From positions 2,381,618 through 2,445,617 of the forward strand of contig NZ_LJYW01000001.1 in the NCBI RefSeq assembly GCF_001305515.1: a stretch of DNA of 64,000 bases. The letters run 5' to 3'. Source of the stretch: Prosthecodimorpha hirschii (GTDB lineage Bacteria > Pseudomonadota > Alphaproteobacteria > Rhizobiales > Ancalomicrobiaceae). Shown piece by piece: positions 9,503-19,922 of this stretch. Both the position numbers and the translations under genes were made by a program. The first letter of the stretch is position 1. Each line of letters begins with the position of its first letter. Below the pieces are notes generated by a model. The model did no database searches, was not told the origin of the DNA, and was given only the letters and a program-made list of their open reading frames with translations.

Positions 9503-11083
9503 CTATCCGAACAGGAGTTTCAGCGCGATCGCGGCCAGCGCCAGGGCGCCGATCCAGGTCGGCAGACGGCGGCCCCGCCCCTCCTCGCGGCCGATGGCGC
9601 GCGCGGTCTCCTCGTCCAGGCGGAAGCCGTGGCGGGTCATGTCGGCGAGACCCGCCGAGACGGTCTCGACCCGCTCCGCCAGCGCCGGCAGGCGCATCAC
9701 CAGGCCGCCGACCGCACCGGCACTGCCGGCCAGTTCGCCGAGCTTGGCGCCGGGGCCGAGATTGCGCTCGATCCACTCGCGCACGACCGGTTCGGACGCC
9801 GTCCAGATGTCCAGATCGGGATCGAGCGTGCGGGCGACGCCCTCGACCACCACCATGGTCTTCTGCAGGAGGATCAGCCGCGGCTGGGTCTTCATGTCGA
9901 AGACCTCGGTATATTCGAACAGCTGGTTGAGCAGATGCGCCATCGAGATCTCGCGCGCCGGCCGGTCGCGCAGCGGCTCGCCGATGGCGCGCAGCGCCTG
10001 CGCGAAGACCTCGACCTCCTGCTCCGGCGGCACGTAGCCGGCCTCGAAATGCACCTCGGCCGTGCGCAGGTAGTCGCGCCGGATGAACCCGAACAGGATC
10101 TCGGCCAGGAAGCGCCGCTCGGCCGGGTTGAGCCGCCCGGTGATGCCGAAATCGACCGCCACCAGCAGGCCGTCGGCATCCACGAACAGGTTGCCCTGAT
10201 GCATGTCGGCGTGGAAGAAGCCGTCGCGCATGGCGTGGCGCAGGAAGGACTGCATCACGGTCTTCGACAGCGCGACCCGATCGTGACCGGCCGCCTCGAT
10301 GCCGGCGAGGTTGGAGACCTTGACGCCGTCGACCCATTCGAGCGTCAGCACCGGCTTGGCGGTGCGCTCCCAGTCGACGCCGGGCACGCGGAAGCCGGGA
10401 TCGTTGCGGCTGTTCTCGGCCATCTCGGAGAGGGCGGCCGCCTCCAGGCGCAGATCCATCTCCAGGCGCACCGAGCGGGCGAGCGTGTCGACGACCGCGA
10501 CCGGCCTGAGCCGCCGGACCGCGGGAACCAGCCATTCGATCAGCCGGGCGGCGAGGTAGAAGCTGTCGAGATCGCGCCGGAACCGGGCCTCGACGCCCGG
10601 GCGCAACACCTTGACGGCAACCTCCCGGGTCTCCCCGTCGGGCGTGCGGACGCGGGCCTTGTGGACCTGCGCGATCGAGGCGGCGGCGACCGGCGGGCCG
10701 ATCGAGACGAAGGCCGCCTGCCACGGCCGTTGCAGGGCGCGCTCGATGGTGGCGATCGAATCGGCGAGCGGGAAGGACGCGACCCGGTCCTGCAGCGCCT
10801 CCAGATCCTTGGCCATGTCCCGGCCGACCACGTCCGGCCGCGTGGCCAGGAACTGGCCGAGCTTGACATAGGACGGGCCGAGCCGGTTCAGCGCCTCCGA
10901 GACGCGGGTGCCGCGGTCGACGCCCGTCAGTCCCCGGCGCTCGATCAGGGCGGAGACCGCCAGGACGATCCGCCCGACGGTCGGCGGGTCGGGCGGCGCC
11001 ATGGCCCGGAGCACGCCCTCCCGGGCCAGGACGAAGCCTGCCCGGGCGAGCCGCAGCAGCGGACCGACGACCGCTCCGGACAT
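9503..11083 (-). CDS. ubiB: ubiquinone biosynthesis regulatory kinase UbiB (ABC1 family)
   Basis: [16 protein letters not shown]...YVKLGQFLATRPDVVG...VAVKVLRPG ABC1 kinase motifs; ATG overlaps ubiE stop (ATGA); embedded in artefactual 1216-aa track ORF. Confidence 0.9.
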   Translation of the reverse strand: MSGAVVGPLLRLARAGFVLAREGVLRAMAPPDPPTVGRIVLAVSALIERRGLTGVDRGTRVSEALNRLGPSYVKLGQFLATRPDVVGRDMAKDLEALQDRVASFPLADSIATIERALQRPWQAAFVSIGPPVAAASIAQVHKARVRTPDGETREVAVKVLRPGVEARFRRDLDSFYLAARLIEWLVPAVRRLRPVAVVDTLARSVRLEMDLRLEAAALSEMAENSRNDPGFRVPGVDWERTAKPVLTLEWVDGVKVSNLAGIEAAGHDRVALSKTVMQSFLRHAMRDGFFHADMHQGNLFVDADGLLVAVDFGITGRLNPAERRFLAEILFGFIRRDYLRTAEVHFEAGYVPPEQEVEVFAQALRAIGEPLRDRPAREISMAHLLNQLFEYTEVFDMKTQPRLILLQKTMVVVEGVARTLDPDLDIWTASEPVVREWIERNLGPGAKLGELAGSAGAVGGLVMRLPALAERVETVSAGLADMTRHGFRLDEETARAIGREEGRGRRLPTWIGALALAAIALKLLFG

Positions 11084-11928
11084 CAGATCTTCCAGCCCGA
11101 ATGGATCGCCGCGATGCCGCCGGTCAGGTTGGTGAAGTCGACCCGCTCGAACCCGGCCGCGCGGATCATGCCGGCGAAGCGCTCCTGGGGCGGGAACTTG
11201 GCGATCGATTCGACCAGATACCGGTAGGGCTCGTCGTCCCCGGCGATCAGCTTGCCGAGGACCGGGATCACCTTGAACGAATAGGTCTCGTAGATGCGGT
11301 CGAGCACCGGCACGTCGACGGCCGAGAATTCCAGGCACAGCAGCCGCCCGCCGGGCTTGAGCACCCGGTAGGCCTCGGCCAGCGCCTTGTCGATGCGCGG
11401 CACGTTGCGGATGCCGAAGGCGATCGTATAGGCGTCGAAGGACGACCGTTCGAACGGCAATTCCTCGGCATTGCCCTCGATGAAATCGACCTTGCCGGCC
11501 AGCCCGCGCTTCTCGGCCCGTTCGCGGCCGACGCCCAGCATCGAGGCGTTGATGTCGCAGACCGTGACCTTGGCATTGCCGTCGGCGCGCTCGACGATGC
11601 GGAAGGCGATGTCGCCGGTGCCGCCGGCCACATCGAGCACCCGGAGCGGCTTGCGGGTGGTCCGCGGCGGCGCGAGCCGCGACACCATCGCGTCCTTCCA
11701 GAGCCGATGCAGGCCGCCCGACATGGCGTCGTTCATGACATCGTAGCGCGCCGCGACCCGGTGGAACACTTCGTCCACAAGGCCTTGCTTCTCGCCGATC
11801 GGCACGTCGCGAAAGCCGAAGCTCGCCGTCTCGGCACTGGCCGCGGCCGCCTCCGGCGGAATCCGGCCTGCCGCGGAAGCCGCGTCCGGACGGCTCTCGG
11901 CCGCCCCGCTCGACGGATGCTGCGTCAT
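11083..11928 (-). CDS. ubiE: demethylmenaquinone/ubiquinone C-methyltransferase UbiE
   Basis: [42 protein letters not shown]...[12 protein letters not shown]-MTase motifs; start MTQHPSS at 11928 with AAGGAG RBS. Confidence 0.9.
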   Translation of the reverse strand: MTQHPSSGAAESRPDAASAAGRIPPEAAAASAETASFGFRDVPIGEKQGLVDEVFHRVAARYDVMNDAMSGGLHRLWKDAMVSRLAPPRTTRKPLRVLDVAGGTGDIAFRIVERADGNAKVTVCDINASMLGVGRERAEKRGLAGKVDFIEGNAEELPFERSSFDAYTIAFGIRNVPRIDKALAEAYRVLKPGGRLLCLEFSAVDVPVLDRIYETYSFKVIPVLGKLIAGDDEPYRYLVESIAKFPPQERFAGMIRAAGFERVDFTNLTGGIAAIHSGWKI

Positions 11929-12013
11929 GGGGTTCTCCTTTTGGCGCGGGACCATAGCGGAAGCCGGTCGGGAGCGCTATCGTCCCGGCCCCGGATGCGA
12001 GAGCCTGTCGCCG

Positions 12014-12922
12014 ATGCCCGAATTGCCCGAAGTCGAAACCGTCCGCCGGGGCCTCGCCCCGGTCATGGAAGGCGCCGAGGTGACGGGTCTGGACTGTCGC
12101 CGGCCGGACCTGCGCTTCCCCCTGCCCGAGCGCTTCGCCGAGCGCGTCACCGGCCGGCGCATCGTCTCGCTCGCCCGCCGCGCCAAGTATCTTCTGGCCG
12201 ACCTCGACGACGGCGCCGTGCTGATCATGCATCTGGGCATGTCCGGCTCGTTCCGGATCGCCCTCCCGGCTGCGCCCAGCGCGGACACGACTGGCGCGGA
12301 CGGGGAGACGCCCGGCGCCTTCCAGTATGAGCGCTCCAAGAATGCCGCCCACGACCATGTCGTGTTCACCCTCTCCAACGGGGCGACCGTCACCTACAAC
12401 GACCCGCGCCGCTTCGGCTTCATGGTGATGACCGAGCGGGCCGGCCTCGCCGACCACCCGATGATGCGCGGCATCGGCCTGGAGCCGCTCGGCAACGCCC
12501 TGACCGGCGCCGCCATCGCGGCCCTCTTCCAGGACCGCCGGACCTCGCTCAAGGCGGCCCTGATGGACCAGCGCCTGATCGCCGGGCTCGGCAACATCTA
12601 TGTCTGCGAAGCCCTGTGGCGCGCCCGGCTGTCGCCGATGCGGGCGGCGGGAACGATCGTGACGAAGACCGGCCGGCCGCGCGCGGAGGCCGAGCGGCTG
12701 GCCGACGCCATCCGCGACGTGCTCGGCGAGGCGATCGAGGCCGGCGGCTCGTCGCTGCGCGACTATGTCAATGCCGACGGCGAACTCGGCTACTTCCAGC
12801 ACCGCTTCGCCGTCTACGACCGGGAGGGAGAACCCTGCCCGCGGCTCGAATGCGCCGGCGTCATCGAACGGGTGGTCCAGTCGAACCGCTCCACCTTCTT
12901 CTGTCCGGTCTGCCAGCGCTGA
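12014..12922 (+). CDS. mutM: formamidopyrimidine-DNA glycosylase (Fpg/MutM)
   Basis: N-terminal MPELPEVE, C-terminal zinc finger CPVCQR; divergent from ubiE. Confidence 0.9.
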   Translation: MPELPEVETVRRGLAPVMEGAEVTGLDCRRPDLRFPLPERFAERVTGRRIVSLARRAKYLLADLDDGAVLIMHLGMSGSFRIALPAAPSADTTGADGETPGAFQYERSKNAAHDHVVFTLSNGATVTYNDPRRFGFMVMTERAGLADHPMMRGIGLEPLGNALTGAAIAALFQDRRTSLKAALMDQRLIAGLGNIYVCEALWRARLSPMRAAGTIVTKTGRPRAEAERLADAIRDVLGEAIEAGGSSLRDYVNADGELGYFQHRFAVYDREGEPCPRLECAGVIERVVQSNRSTFFCPVCQR

Positions 12923-12924
12923 GT

Positions 12925-13085
12925 GACCGGCCAGCGGCTCCGTCGCTCCGTGGCGTCGCAACCGCGGTGGGTCCCCGCCGTTCGGTCCGGTTGAAACCGG
13001 ATAGGACCTCCCCCGTTTGGTCCGGTTGAAACCGGATTGGGCCTCCCCCGTTCGGTCCGGTTGAAACCGGACCGGGCCTCGGGTA
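12925..13085. repeat. three tandem ~41-bp REP-like hairpin repeats (core GGTCCGGTTGAAACCGGACC)
   Basis: Direct reading: ccccgttcggtccggttgaaaccgga[t/c][a/t/c]gg[a/g]cctc repeated 3x between mutM and crotonase gene; each has 8-9 bp inverted repeat. Confidence 0.8.
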
Positions 13086-13151
13086 GCGCTTCTTGGACCA
13101 AGACCGGGGCCGCCGCCATGCGCGCTCCGGCGCGATCGAAGGGAGCGCCCC

Positions 13152-13925
13152 ATGGCCTACGAACTGATCATCGTCGAAACCGAGGGCCGCGTCGGCCGCA
13201 TCACGCTGAACCGGCCGAAGGCGCTCAACGCGCTCAACTCCGATCTGATCAACGAGATCAATGCCGCGCTCGACGCCTTCGAGGCCGATCGGGCGATCGG
13301 CGCCGTGGTGATCACGGGTTCGGAGAAGTCCTTCGCGGCCGGCGCCGACATCAAGCAGATGGCGAACCTGCAGTATCCGGACGCCTATCTGGACGACTTC
13401 ATCACCTCCTGGGACCGCATCGCCCGCTTCCGCAAGCCGATCGTCGCGGCGGTGGCCGGCTTCGCGCTCGGCGGCGGCTGCGAGATGGCGATGATGTGCG
13501 ACTTCATCATCGCCGCCGACAATGCCCAGTTCGGCCAGCCCGAGATCAAGCTCGGCGTCATGCCGGGCGCCGGCGGCACCCAGCGCCTGACCAAGGCGAT
13601 CGGCAAGGCCAAGGCGATGGATCTCTGCCTGACCGGCCGGATGATGGGGGCCGAGGAGGCCGAGCGCTCCGGCCTGGTCGCCCGCGTCGTGCCTCTGGCC
13701 GAGCTCCTGCCGACCGCCATGAAGGCGGCCGCCGACATCGCCGGCTTCTCGCTGCCGGCCGCGATGATGACCAAGGAGGCCGTCAACCGCGCCTTCGAGA
13801 CCACGCTCGCCGAGGGCCTGCGCTTCGAGCGGCGCATCTTCCACTCGATGTTCGCCACGGCCGACCAGAAGGAAGGCATGAACGCCTTCGCGGAGAAGCG
13901 GAAGGCCGAATTCACCCACCGCTGA
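13152..13925 (+). CDS. enoyl-CoA hydratase/isomerase (crotonase family)
   Basis: 257 aa; [19 protein letters not shown] crotonase signatures. Confidence 0.9.
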   Translation: MAYELIIVETEGRVGRITLNRPKALNALNSDLINEINAALDAFEADRAIGAVVITGSEKSFAAGADIKQMANLQYPDAYLDDFITSWDRIARFRKPIVAAVAGFALGGGCEMAMMCDFIIAADNAQFGQPEIKLGVMPGAGGTQRLTKAIGKAKAMDLCLTGRMMGAEEAERSGLVARVVPLAELLPTAMKAAADIAGFSLPAAMMTKEAVNRAFETTLAEGLRFERRIFHSMFATADQKEGMNAFAEKRKAEFTHR

Positions 13926-14121
13926 GGCCGCATGCCCGCCCGGGACGGCCGGTTCGGCGTTGACGCGGGCCGGGACCCTGGCTATAAGCTCGCTCCGACC
14001 GGTGGCGGCGCGTCCGCCGCCGCTTTCGTTTGATCGGCACCCGGTACGCGAGGCCCGGCGGGAGACCCGCCGAAGCCGCGGACGGAGCGCCTCTCAGGAT
14101 CGTTCCAGGAAAGGCTCGTCC

Positions 14122-14388
14122 ATGGCCAATACGCCGTCCGCCAAGAAGGCGGCCCGCAAGATCACGCGGCGCACCGCGGTCAACAAGAACCGGCGCAGCC
14201 GCGTTCGGACCTTCGTGCGCAAGGTCGAGGAGGCGCTCGCCTCCGGCGACAAGGTGGCCGCCGCCGCCGCGCTCCGGGCCGCTCAGCCCGAGCTGCAGCG
14301 CGCCGCGTCGAAGGGCGTGCTGCACGCCAACACCGCGTCCCGCAAGATCTCGCGCCTCGCCAGCCGGCTCAAGGCTCTCGGCGCCTGA
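14122..14388 (+). CDS. rpsT: 30S ribosomal protein S20
   Basis: [39 protein letters not shown] typical S20; internal start of longer track ORF. Confidence 0.9.
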   Translation: MANTPSAKKAARKITRRTAVNKNRRSRVRTFVRKVEEALASGDKVAAAAALRAAQPELQRAASKGVLHANTASRKISRLASRLKALGA

Positions 14389-14418
14389 TCAGCACGCTGC
14401 GATTGTCGAATACTGCGC

Positions 14419-14450
14419 AAAGCCCGGACCGGTGGTCCGGGCTTTTCGTT
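14419..14450 (+). terminator. rho-independent terminator of rpsT
   Basis: AAAGCCCGGACC-GGT-GGTCCGGGCTTT perfect 12-bp stem followed by TTTCGTTTG. Confidence 0.85.
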
Positions 14451-14499
14451 TGTCCGGCTAACCTCAACGGCCCGCCCGGCGCCACCCAACCGGTTTCCG

Positions 14500-15000
14500 G
14501 AGAGACTCGGAAGGACCCGGGCTGATCAGAGAAATTTATGATATTCCAATATGTTACAAGAATGTTCCAAGAGCATCTGGAAAGGCCCGACACGGTCGAA
14601 GAGTCAAGGCCTTGATGGCAAAATTCTTGGCCGGCTGGTTTCCGATCCGGTCTCCGGAGCGGTCCCGACGGAGACCACATTGACTCCACATCGCTTCTCG
14701 ATATGAACCCGTTCTCGACGATTTTCCGAGTGCGGACTCTCGGCAACACCGGACCCCACCGGGGACTCGTCTCTGTTGCACCCTACGACCCCGCTGTGTA
14801 AAGTTGGGGTCATGAAGGGCCCGCCCTTCATGACCCTCAGACAAAATCCTGGGACACGGAGCTCATGATGAGCATTGGGCGCGTTATGCTCAAAAATGGC
14901 GAGTAAAATGCTCAGTTGAAAGTTCCGGGATCTAGTGTCGCGTTCCGTTCAATTCAAGAATAACTAATCTGAAACGAAGATAAAGGCAGCCAATGCCTTG
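14500..15000. promoter_or_regulatory. AT-rich non-coding region upstream of rhodanese/dnaA with strong palindromes (candidate dnaA control region)
   Basis: GC drops sharply vs flanks; 14-bp perfect IR GGGTCATGAAGGGC-cc-GCCCTTCATGACCC at ~14803-14832; further IR TGAGCAT-n10-ATGCTCA ~14873-14896. Confidence 0.4.
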
Positions 15001-15052
15001 CTTCGTCAAAGATTTTGGAATATGCGGCGCAGTCCGCATGCGGGGGCCGAGA

Positions 15053-15499
15053 ATGTCATTGATGACTGGCGAAGCCTACGCGGGGGATATCCCCCCTGCG
15101 GAGGCCTGGAGATTGCTGTCCGACAGCGGGCCGGCGCAGCTGGTCGATGTGCGTACCCGTCCCGAATGGTCTTTCGTCGGACTGCCCGAGCTGAGTGGGC
15201 TCGGCAAGGCGCCTCTCCTCATCGAGTGGCAGGTCTATCCCGAAATGGCTGTGGACGATGCTTTCGTGGACCGCCTGTCGGCGGCCCTCGATGGTGTCGG
15301 TGCGTCGCGGGAGGATCCCGTTCTTTTCCTGTGCCGGTCCGGCGTCCGCAGTCGATCCGCCGCCATCGCGGCGACCGCTGCAGGATGGCAGCGCTGCCTC
15401 AACGTCGCAGGCGGCTTCGAAGGCCCTCTCGATCCGAACGGCCATCGTGGCCAGCGGGACGGGTGGAAGGCTGCCGGACTTCCCTGGAAGCAAACCTGA
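15053..15499 (+). CDS. rhodanese-like sulfurtransferase domain protein
   Basis: LVDVRTRPEW...FLCRSGVRS active-site Cys loop; start ambiguous (ATG 15038 or 15053). Confidence 0.7.
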   Translation: MSLMTGEAYAGDIPPAEAWRLLSDSGPAQLVDVRTRPEWSFVGLPELSGLGKAPLLIEWQVYPEMAVDDAFVDRLSAALDGVGASREDPVLFLCRSGVRSRSAAIAATAAGWQRCLNVAGGFEGPLDPNGHRGQRDGWKAAGLPWKQT

Positions 15500-15649
15500 A
15501 CTGTTTGATCGTCGGGGACCCCGCGAGGCCGCAGGGTCCCCTTGGCTTCGCGTTTTAGTTGCATAAGCGTGCGCCAATTCAACAAATCATAGTCGAACCT
15601 GGACTGGCGGGTCCGGGCCGACCCAAGGACTACGAAGGAGGCTGGAACG

Positions 15650-17095
15650 ATGAGCGTGGGGCTGTCGGGCCATGCGGAATGGGATCGCATCAAGAAACGC
15701 CTGCGGGCGGAGCTTGGCGAGGATGTCTTCAACAGTTGGTTCGCAAGGGTGGATCTGGAATCGATCACGGACGGCGCGGTGCATCTGTCGGTGCCGACGC
15801 GCTTCCTCAAGAACTGGCTGCAGAACCGCTACCGAGACCGTCTCCTGGCCCTCTTCCAGGAAGAGTTCGAGGGCGCGCGGCAGATCGAATTCACCGTCCG
15901 CTCGGCGATCCGTCCGCGGACGCCCGGCGCGGCGGTCGGCGCCGAGCCCTATGACGGGCCGACGCTCGATCCGCGCCCGGTCGCCCAGGCGCCGCAGCCG
16001 CTGAAAGTCCAGCGCGAGGCCGTCTTCGCCGAGGTCAGGACCGACGACGCCCTCTATGGCTCGCCGCTCGACCCGCGCTACAGCTTCGACACCTTCGTGG
16101 AAGGCCGTTCGAACAGCCTGGCGCTGGCCGCGGCCCGCCGCGTGGCGGAGGCCCGTCCGGGCGAGGCCGTCGGCTTCAACCCGCTCTATCTCCATGCCGC
16201 CGTCGGACTGGGCAAGACCCATCTGCTGCAGGCCGTGGCCCGGGCCGCGAAGGAGCAGGGCCGGCGCGTGCTCTACCTGACCGCCGAGCATTTCATGTAC
16301 CGCTTCGTCGCGGCGCTGAAATCGCAGTCGGCCATCGCCTTCAAGGACGGCCTGCGCGGCATCGATCTCCTGCTGATCGACGACATGCAGTTCCTGCAGG
16401 GCAAGCAGGTGCAGCAGGAATTCTGCCACACGCTGAATTCGCTGATCGATGGCGCCCGCCAGGTCGTCGTGGCCGGCGACCGGCCGCCGGTCGAGCTTGA
16501 AACGCTTGACGAACGGGTTCGCTCCCGCCTCGGCGGCGGCCTGCTGATCGAACTGCATGCGCCCGATCTCGACCTGCGCCGGCGCATCGTGTCCGGCCGG
16601 ATCGCGGCGGCGCGACGCAGCTATGCGGCACTCGCCGTTTCGGATGCGGTGATCGACTATGTCGCCGAGAACGTCACGTCGAGCGGCCGCGACCTCGACG
16701 GCGCGGTCAACCGCCTGGTCGCCCACAACCAGCTGACCGGCGAGCCGATCAGCGTCGAAATGGCCGAGACGGCGCTGCGCGACCTGCTGCGCGTGCGCGA
16801 GGCCAAGCGCGTCAAGATCGAGGACATTCAGAGGATCGTCTGCAAGCAGTACAATGTCTCCAAGGCCGATCTTCTGTCGAGCCGGCGCACCCGCACCGTG
16901 GTGCGGCCGCGCCAGATCGCGATGTATCTGTCCAAGACGCTGACGCCGCGCTCCCTGCCGGAGATCGGCCGCCGCTTCGGCAACCGGGATCACACCACGG
17001 TGCTGCATGCGGTGCGCAAGATCGAGGACATGATCAAGACCGACCGCGCCTTCCAGGACGAGGTCGACGGGCTGAAGCGCCAGATCGACCTCTGA
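15650..17095 (+). CDS. dnaA: chromosomal replication initiator DnaA
   Basis: 481 aa; Walker A GLGKTHLL, LLIDDMQFL, C-terminal DNA-binding domain HTTVLHAVRKIE; GAAGGAGG RBS. Confidence 0.97.
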   Translation: MSVGLSGHAEWDRIKKRLRAELGEDVFNSWFARVDLESITDGAVHLSVPTRFLKNWLQNRYRDRLLALFQEEFEGARQIEFTVRSAIRPRTPGAAVGAEPYDGPTLDPRPVAQAPQPLKVQREAVFAEVRTDDALYGSPLDPRYSFDTFVEGRSNSLALAAARRVAEARPGEAVGFNPLYLHAAVGLGKTHLLQAVARAAKEQGRRVLYLTAEHFMYRFVAALKSQSAIAFKDGLRGIDLLLIDDMQFLQGKQVQQEFCHTLNSLIDGARQVVVAGDRPPVELETLDERVRSRLGGGLLIELHAPDLDLRRRIVSGRIAAARRSYAALAVSDAVIDYVAENVTSSGRDLDGAVNRLVAHNQLTGEPISVEMAETALRDLLRVREAKRVKIEDIQRIVCKQYNVSKADLLSSRRTRTVVRPRQIAMYLSKTLTPRSLPEIGRRFGNRDHTTVLHAVRKIEDMIKTDRAFQDEVDGLKRQIDL

Positions 17096-17281
17096 CCTTC
17101 CGGACATTGTGCCGTTTTCGGAAGCCGCCCCCAGTCGAGGGCGGCTTTCGGCGTTTCGGCGCCCGGCGTCCGCCGCTCGGAACCCGCCACCCCTGCGAAA
17201 GGCGGGACCGCGCCCCGCGCCCGCGCGGTTGCGCCGCAGAGGCCGGCTCTCTATAGCTCCAGCCTGGACAGGAGGAGCGCC

Positions 17282-18097
17282 ATGGCCGACATGCGGCTGA
17301 TCGTGGTGGGAGCGGCCGGCCGGATGGGCAAGACCCTGATCCGGACGATCGCCGGCATGGACGGCGTGACCGTGGCCGGGGCCGTGGAACGGTCCGGTTC
17401 GCCGGAGATCGGACGCGATGCCGGCGTCCTCGCCGGGCTCGAACCGCTCGGCGTGACGGTGACCGACGATCCGCTGCCGCTGTTCGCCGCGGCCGAGGGC
17501 GTGCTCGACTTCACCGGACCGGCCGCGACGCTCGAATTCGCCGAACTGGCCGCGCAGGCGCGCATCGTCCACGTGATCGGCACGACCGGCCTGTCCGACG
17601 CCGACAATGACCGCATCCGCGCCGCCGCGCGTCACGCAGTCGTGGTCAAGTCCGGCAATATGAGCCTCGGCGTCAATCTGCTCGCACTGCTGGTGCGACA
17701 GGCCGCCCGCGCGCTCGATGCGGATTTCGATATCGAGGTGGTCGAGATGCACCACCGCATGAAGGTCGACGCGCCCTCCGGCACGGCGCTGATGCTCGGC
17801 GAAGCCGCCGCGCGCGGGCGCGGCATCGATCTCGGCGATCACGCGGTCCGCAGCCGTGACGGCCATACCGGCGCCCGCCGGCGCGGCGACATCGGTTTCG
17901 CGACGCTGCGCGGCGGGACGGTCATCGGCGAGCATGCCGTGGTGCTGGCCGGCGAGTTCGAGCGCGTGGAACTGGTCCACAAGGCCGAGGACCGCTCGAT
18001 CTTCGCCCGCGGCGCCGTCAAGGCCGCGCTCTGGGGCCGCGGCCGCAAGCCGGGCCTCTATTCCATGGCCGACGTGCTCGGCCTTTCCGACGACTGA
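17282..18097 (+). CDS. dapB: 4-hydroxy-tetrahydrodipicolinate reductase
   Basis: [17 protein letters not shown]-binding N-term, [18 protein letters not shown] motif. Confidence 0.92.
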   Translation: MADMRLIVVGAAGRMGKTLIRTIAGMDGVTVAGAVERSGSPEIGRDAGVLAGLEPLGVTVTDDPLPLFAAAEGVLDFTGPAATLEFAELAAQARIVHVIGTTGLSDADNDRIRAAARHAVVVKSGNMSLGVNLLALLVRQAARALDADFDIEVVEMHHRMKVDAPSGTALMLGEAAARGRGIDLGDHAVRSRDGHTGARRRGDIGFATLRGGTVIGEHAVVLAGEFERVELVHKAEDRSIFARGAVKAALWGRGRKPGLYSMADVLGLSDD

Positions 18098-18110
18098 CCG
18101 GAGTCTCTCG

Positions 18111-18731
18111 ATGGACCGTCTCCTGGTGCTGTGCCGCCACGGCGAAAGCGAGTGGAACAAGCTCAACCTGTTCACCGGCTGGAAGGATCCGGGCCTGACC
18201 GAGAAGGGCGTCGCGGAAGCCCGGGCGGCCGGCCAGAAGCTGAAGGCGCTCGGGCTCGGCTTCGACCTCTGCTACACCTCGGCGCTCAAGCGGGCGCAGA
18301 CCACGCTCGACCTGATCCTCGCCGAACTCGGCCAGACCGACCTGCCGATCGTCCGCGACCAGGCCCTCAACGAACGCGACTACGGCGAATTGTCGGGCCT
18401 CAACAAGGACGATGCCCGCCAGCGCTGGGGCGAGGAGCAGGTCCATATCTGGCGCCGCTCCTACGACATCCCCCCGCCCGGCGGCGAGAGCCTGAAGGAT
18501 ACGGCCGCGCGGGTGCTGCCCTATTTCGAGGCGCATATCATGCCCGACGTGATGGCCGGCCGGCGCGTGCTGGTCGCCGCCCACGGCAATTCGCTGCGCG
18601 CGCTGATCATGAAGCTCGAAGGCCTGACCGGCGAAGAGATCATCAAGCGCGAACTCGCCACCGGCGTGCCGATCGTCTACCGCTTCGCCGAAGACGGCGC
18701 GATCCTGTCGCGCCAGGACCTGGCGGCCTGA
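18111..18731 (+). CDS. gpmA: 2,3-bisphosphoglycerate-dependent phosphoglycerate mutase
   Basis: [20 protein letters not shown] histidine phosphatase motif; ATG 18111 inside longer track ORF. Confidence 0.92.
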   Translation: MDRLLVLCRHGESEWNKLNLFTGWKDPGLTEKGVAEARAAGQKLKALGLGFDLCYTSALKRAQTTLDLILAELGQTDLPIVRDQALNERDYGELSGLNKDDARQRWGEEQVHIWRRSYDIPPPGGESLKDTAARVLPYFEAHIMPDVMAGRRVLVAAHGNSLRALIMKLEGLTGEEIIKRELATGVPIVYRFAEDGAILSRQDLAA

Positions 18732-19173
18732 CCGCTCGGGATATCCTGCGGACGGCCCGATCGGCGGTCCGCCCCAATCGCCGGAACTGAACGCCGGACG
18801 AGACCGCCGACCAAGCCGGCGGACGCCGGGGCGCGCCTGCGGGCCGCCCCAAAAGCCATCCGGATGAAGGCCTACCCGGCTGAGACTCTGACCTCGGTCA
18901 AGGCATAGCTTGTCAGGATCGCTACGATCCGGAGCTGTGGTCGCCGGCGGATCGCGGCCAACTGACAAACCTCCTGGCGCCACGGCCCGTGCCTGACGGA
19001 CGGCGTACGGCGGTGGGTCGAGCGGCAGCCTGCCGGACACCGACGGATCCGGCAGACGGCCTTGCGGCCGAACGGGAGCTCGAAGGGTGGGCCGGAGGCC
19101 TCGGCGCAGATACGACCTTGCCACGACGACGGCGCTCGGCGCCGTCCGCCGCGAGGTCGCGTCCGCCCTCGGC

Positions 19174-19557
19174 ATGCTGGTCGTCCTGACCAATCTCCTC
19201 GTCGCCATGATGGTGGCCGCCGGTGCACCGGCGGGTGGCGCGCAGGCGGGAGGCGCTCCGACGGGCATCGACCGCGCACTCGACCCGTTCGGCAGCGACC
19301 GCATCGTCATCTGCACCGGCTCCGGCCTGGTGATCCTCGACCGCGATGGCCGCCCGATCGGCGAGGAGCCGGGCGGCGCCACCTGTCCCTTCTGCCTGCC
19401 GCTGATCGGCGGCCTCGCCGACATTCCCGCCGACATCCCGCTCGCCCCGAACGGCGGCGCGATCGTCGCCGCGATGCTCGCCGTCCTCGAACGGGATGCC
19501 GCCGCCGTTGTCGTTCGCGACCGGGCCAAGCCGCCCACCGGTCCGCCGGCAGCCTGA
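19174..19557 (+). CDS. DUF2946-like small exported/membrane protein (CPFC motif)
   Basis: N-terminal hydrophobic segment MLVVLTNLLVAMMVAAGA, conserved ICTGSG and CPFCLP motifs. Confidence 0.5.
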   Translation: MLVVLTNLLVAMMVAAGAPAGGAQAGGAPTGIDRALDPFGSDRIVICTGSGLVILDRDGRPIGEEPGGATCPFCLPLIGGLADIPADIPLAPNGGAIVAAMLAVLERDAAAVVVRDRAKPPTGPPAA

Positions 19558-19666
19558 TCGTCGGTCAGTTCGTCGATCGGCAGCCCCCTGGCGCGTGCGG
19601 TCCTGCGACCGCCATGCGCGCCGGGTCCCGATCCTCAGCGCCCGTCTCCTCACCTCGAGGTCTTCC

Positions 19667-19882
19667 ATGTCCGGCTCCGTTTCCGCGCTGGCCGCCTTCC
19701 TGCGCGCCGCGATCCGCCCGCAGACACCGCTGGCGCGCGCGATCGTCGCCGCCCTCGCCCTCAAGCTCTGCGTCGTCATCGCGATGCGGGCCTATCTCAT
19801 CGGGACCGATGCCGTCGTGCCGGTCGACGAAGCGGCCATGTCCCGCCTCATCGCCCCGGCGCCGACCCGGTCCCTTCCCTGA
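19667..19882 (+). CDS. hypothetical small membrane protein upstream of cydA
   Basis: 71 aa, high GC3, one hydrophobic helix (AIVAALALKLCVVIAM), weak GAGG RBS. Confidence 0.35.
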   Translation: MSGSVSALAAFLRAAIRPQTPLARAIVAALALKLCVVIAMRAYLIGTDAVVPVDEAAMSRLIAPAPTRSLP

Positions 19883-19922
19883 CCGTCCGGGGCCTTCGAG
19901 CCCCTTGCCAAAAGGACAAGCC

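Noticed and set aside
9503-13153. 1216-aa minus-strand ORF
   Set aside because: Artefactual read-through: its C-terminal 527 aa are UbiB, while the N-terminal part runs antisense through ubiE/mutM and the REP repeats (PVSTGPNGG repeats in translation). Split into ubiB and ubiE, which is in another frame
14500-15650. Calling this the chromosomal replication origin
   Set aside because: Could not identify a cluster of consensus DnaA boxes by eye. In many alphaproteobacteria oriC is near hemE rather than dnaA. Left as an AT-rich regulatory region only
15587-18175. 862-aa minus-strand ORF
   Set aside because: Antisense to dnaA-dapB-gpmA, which have unambiguous homology
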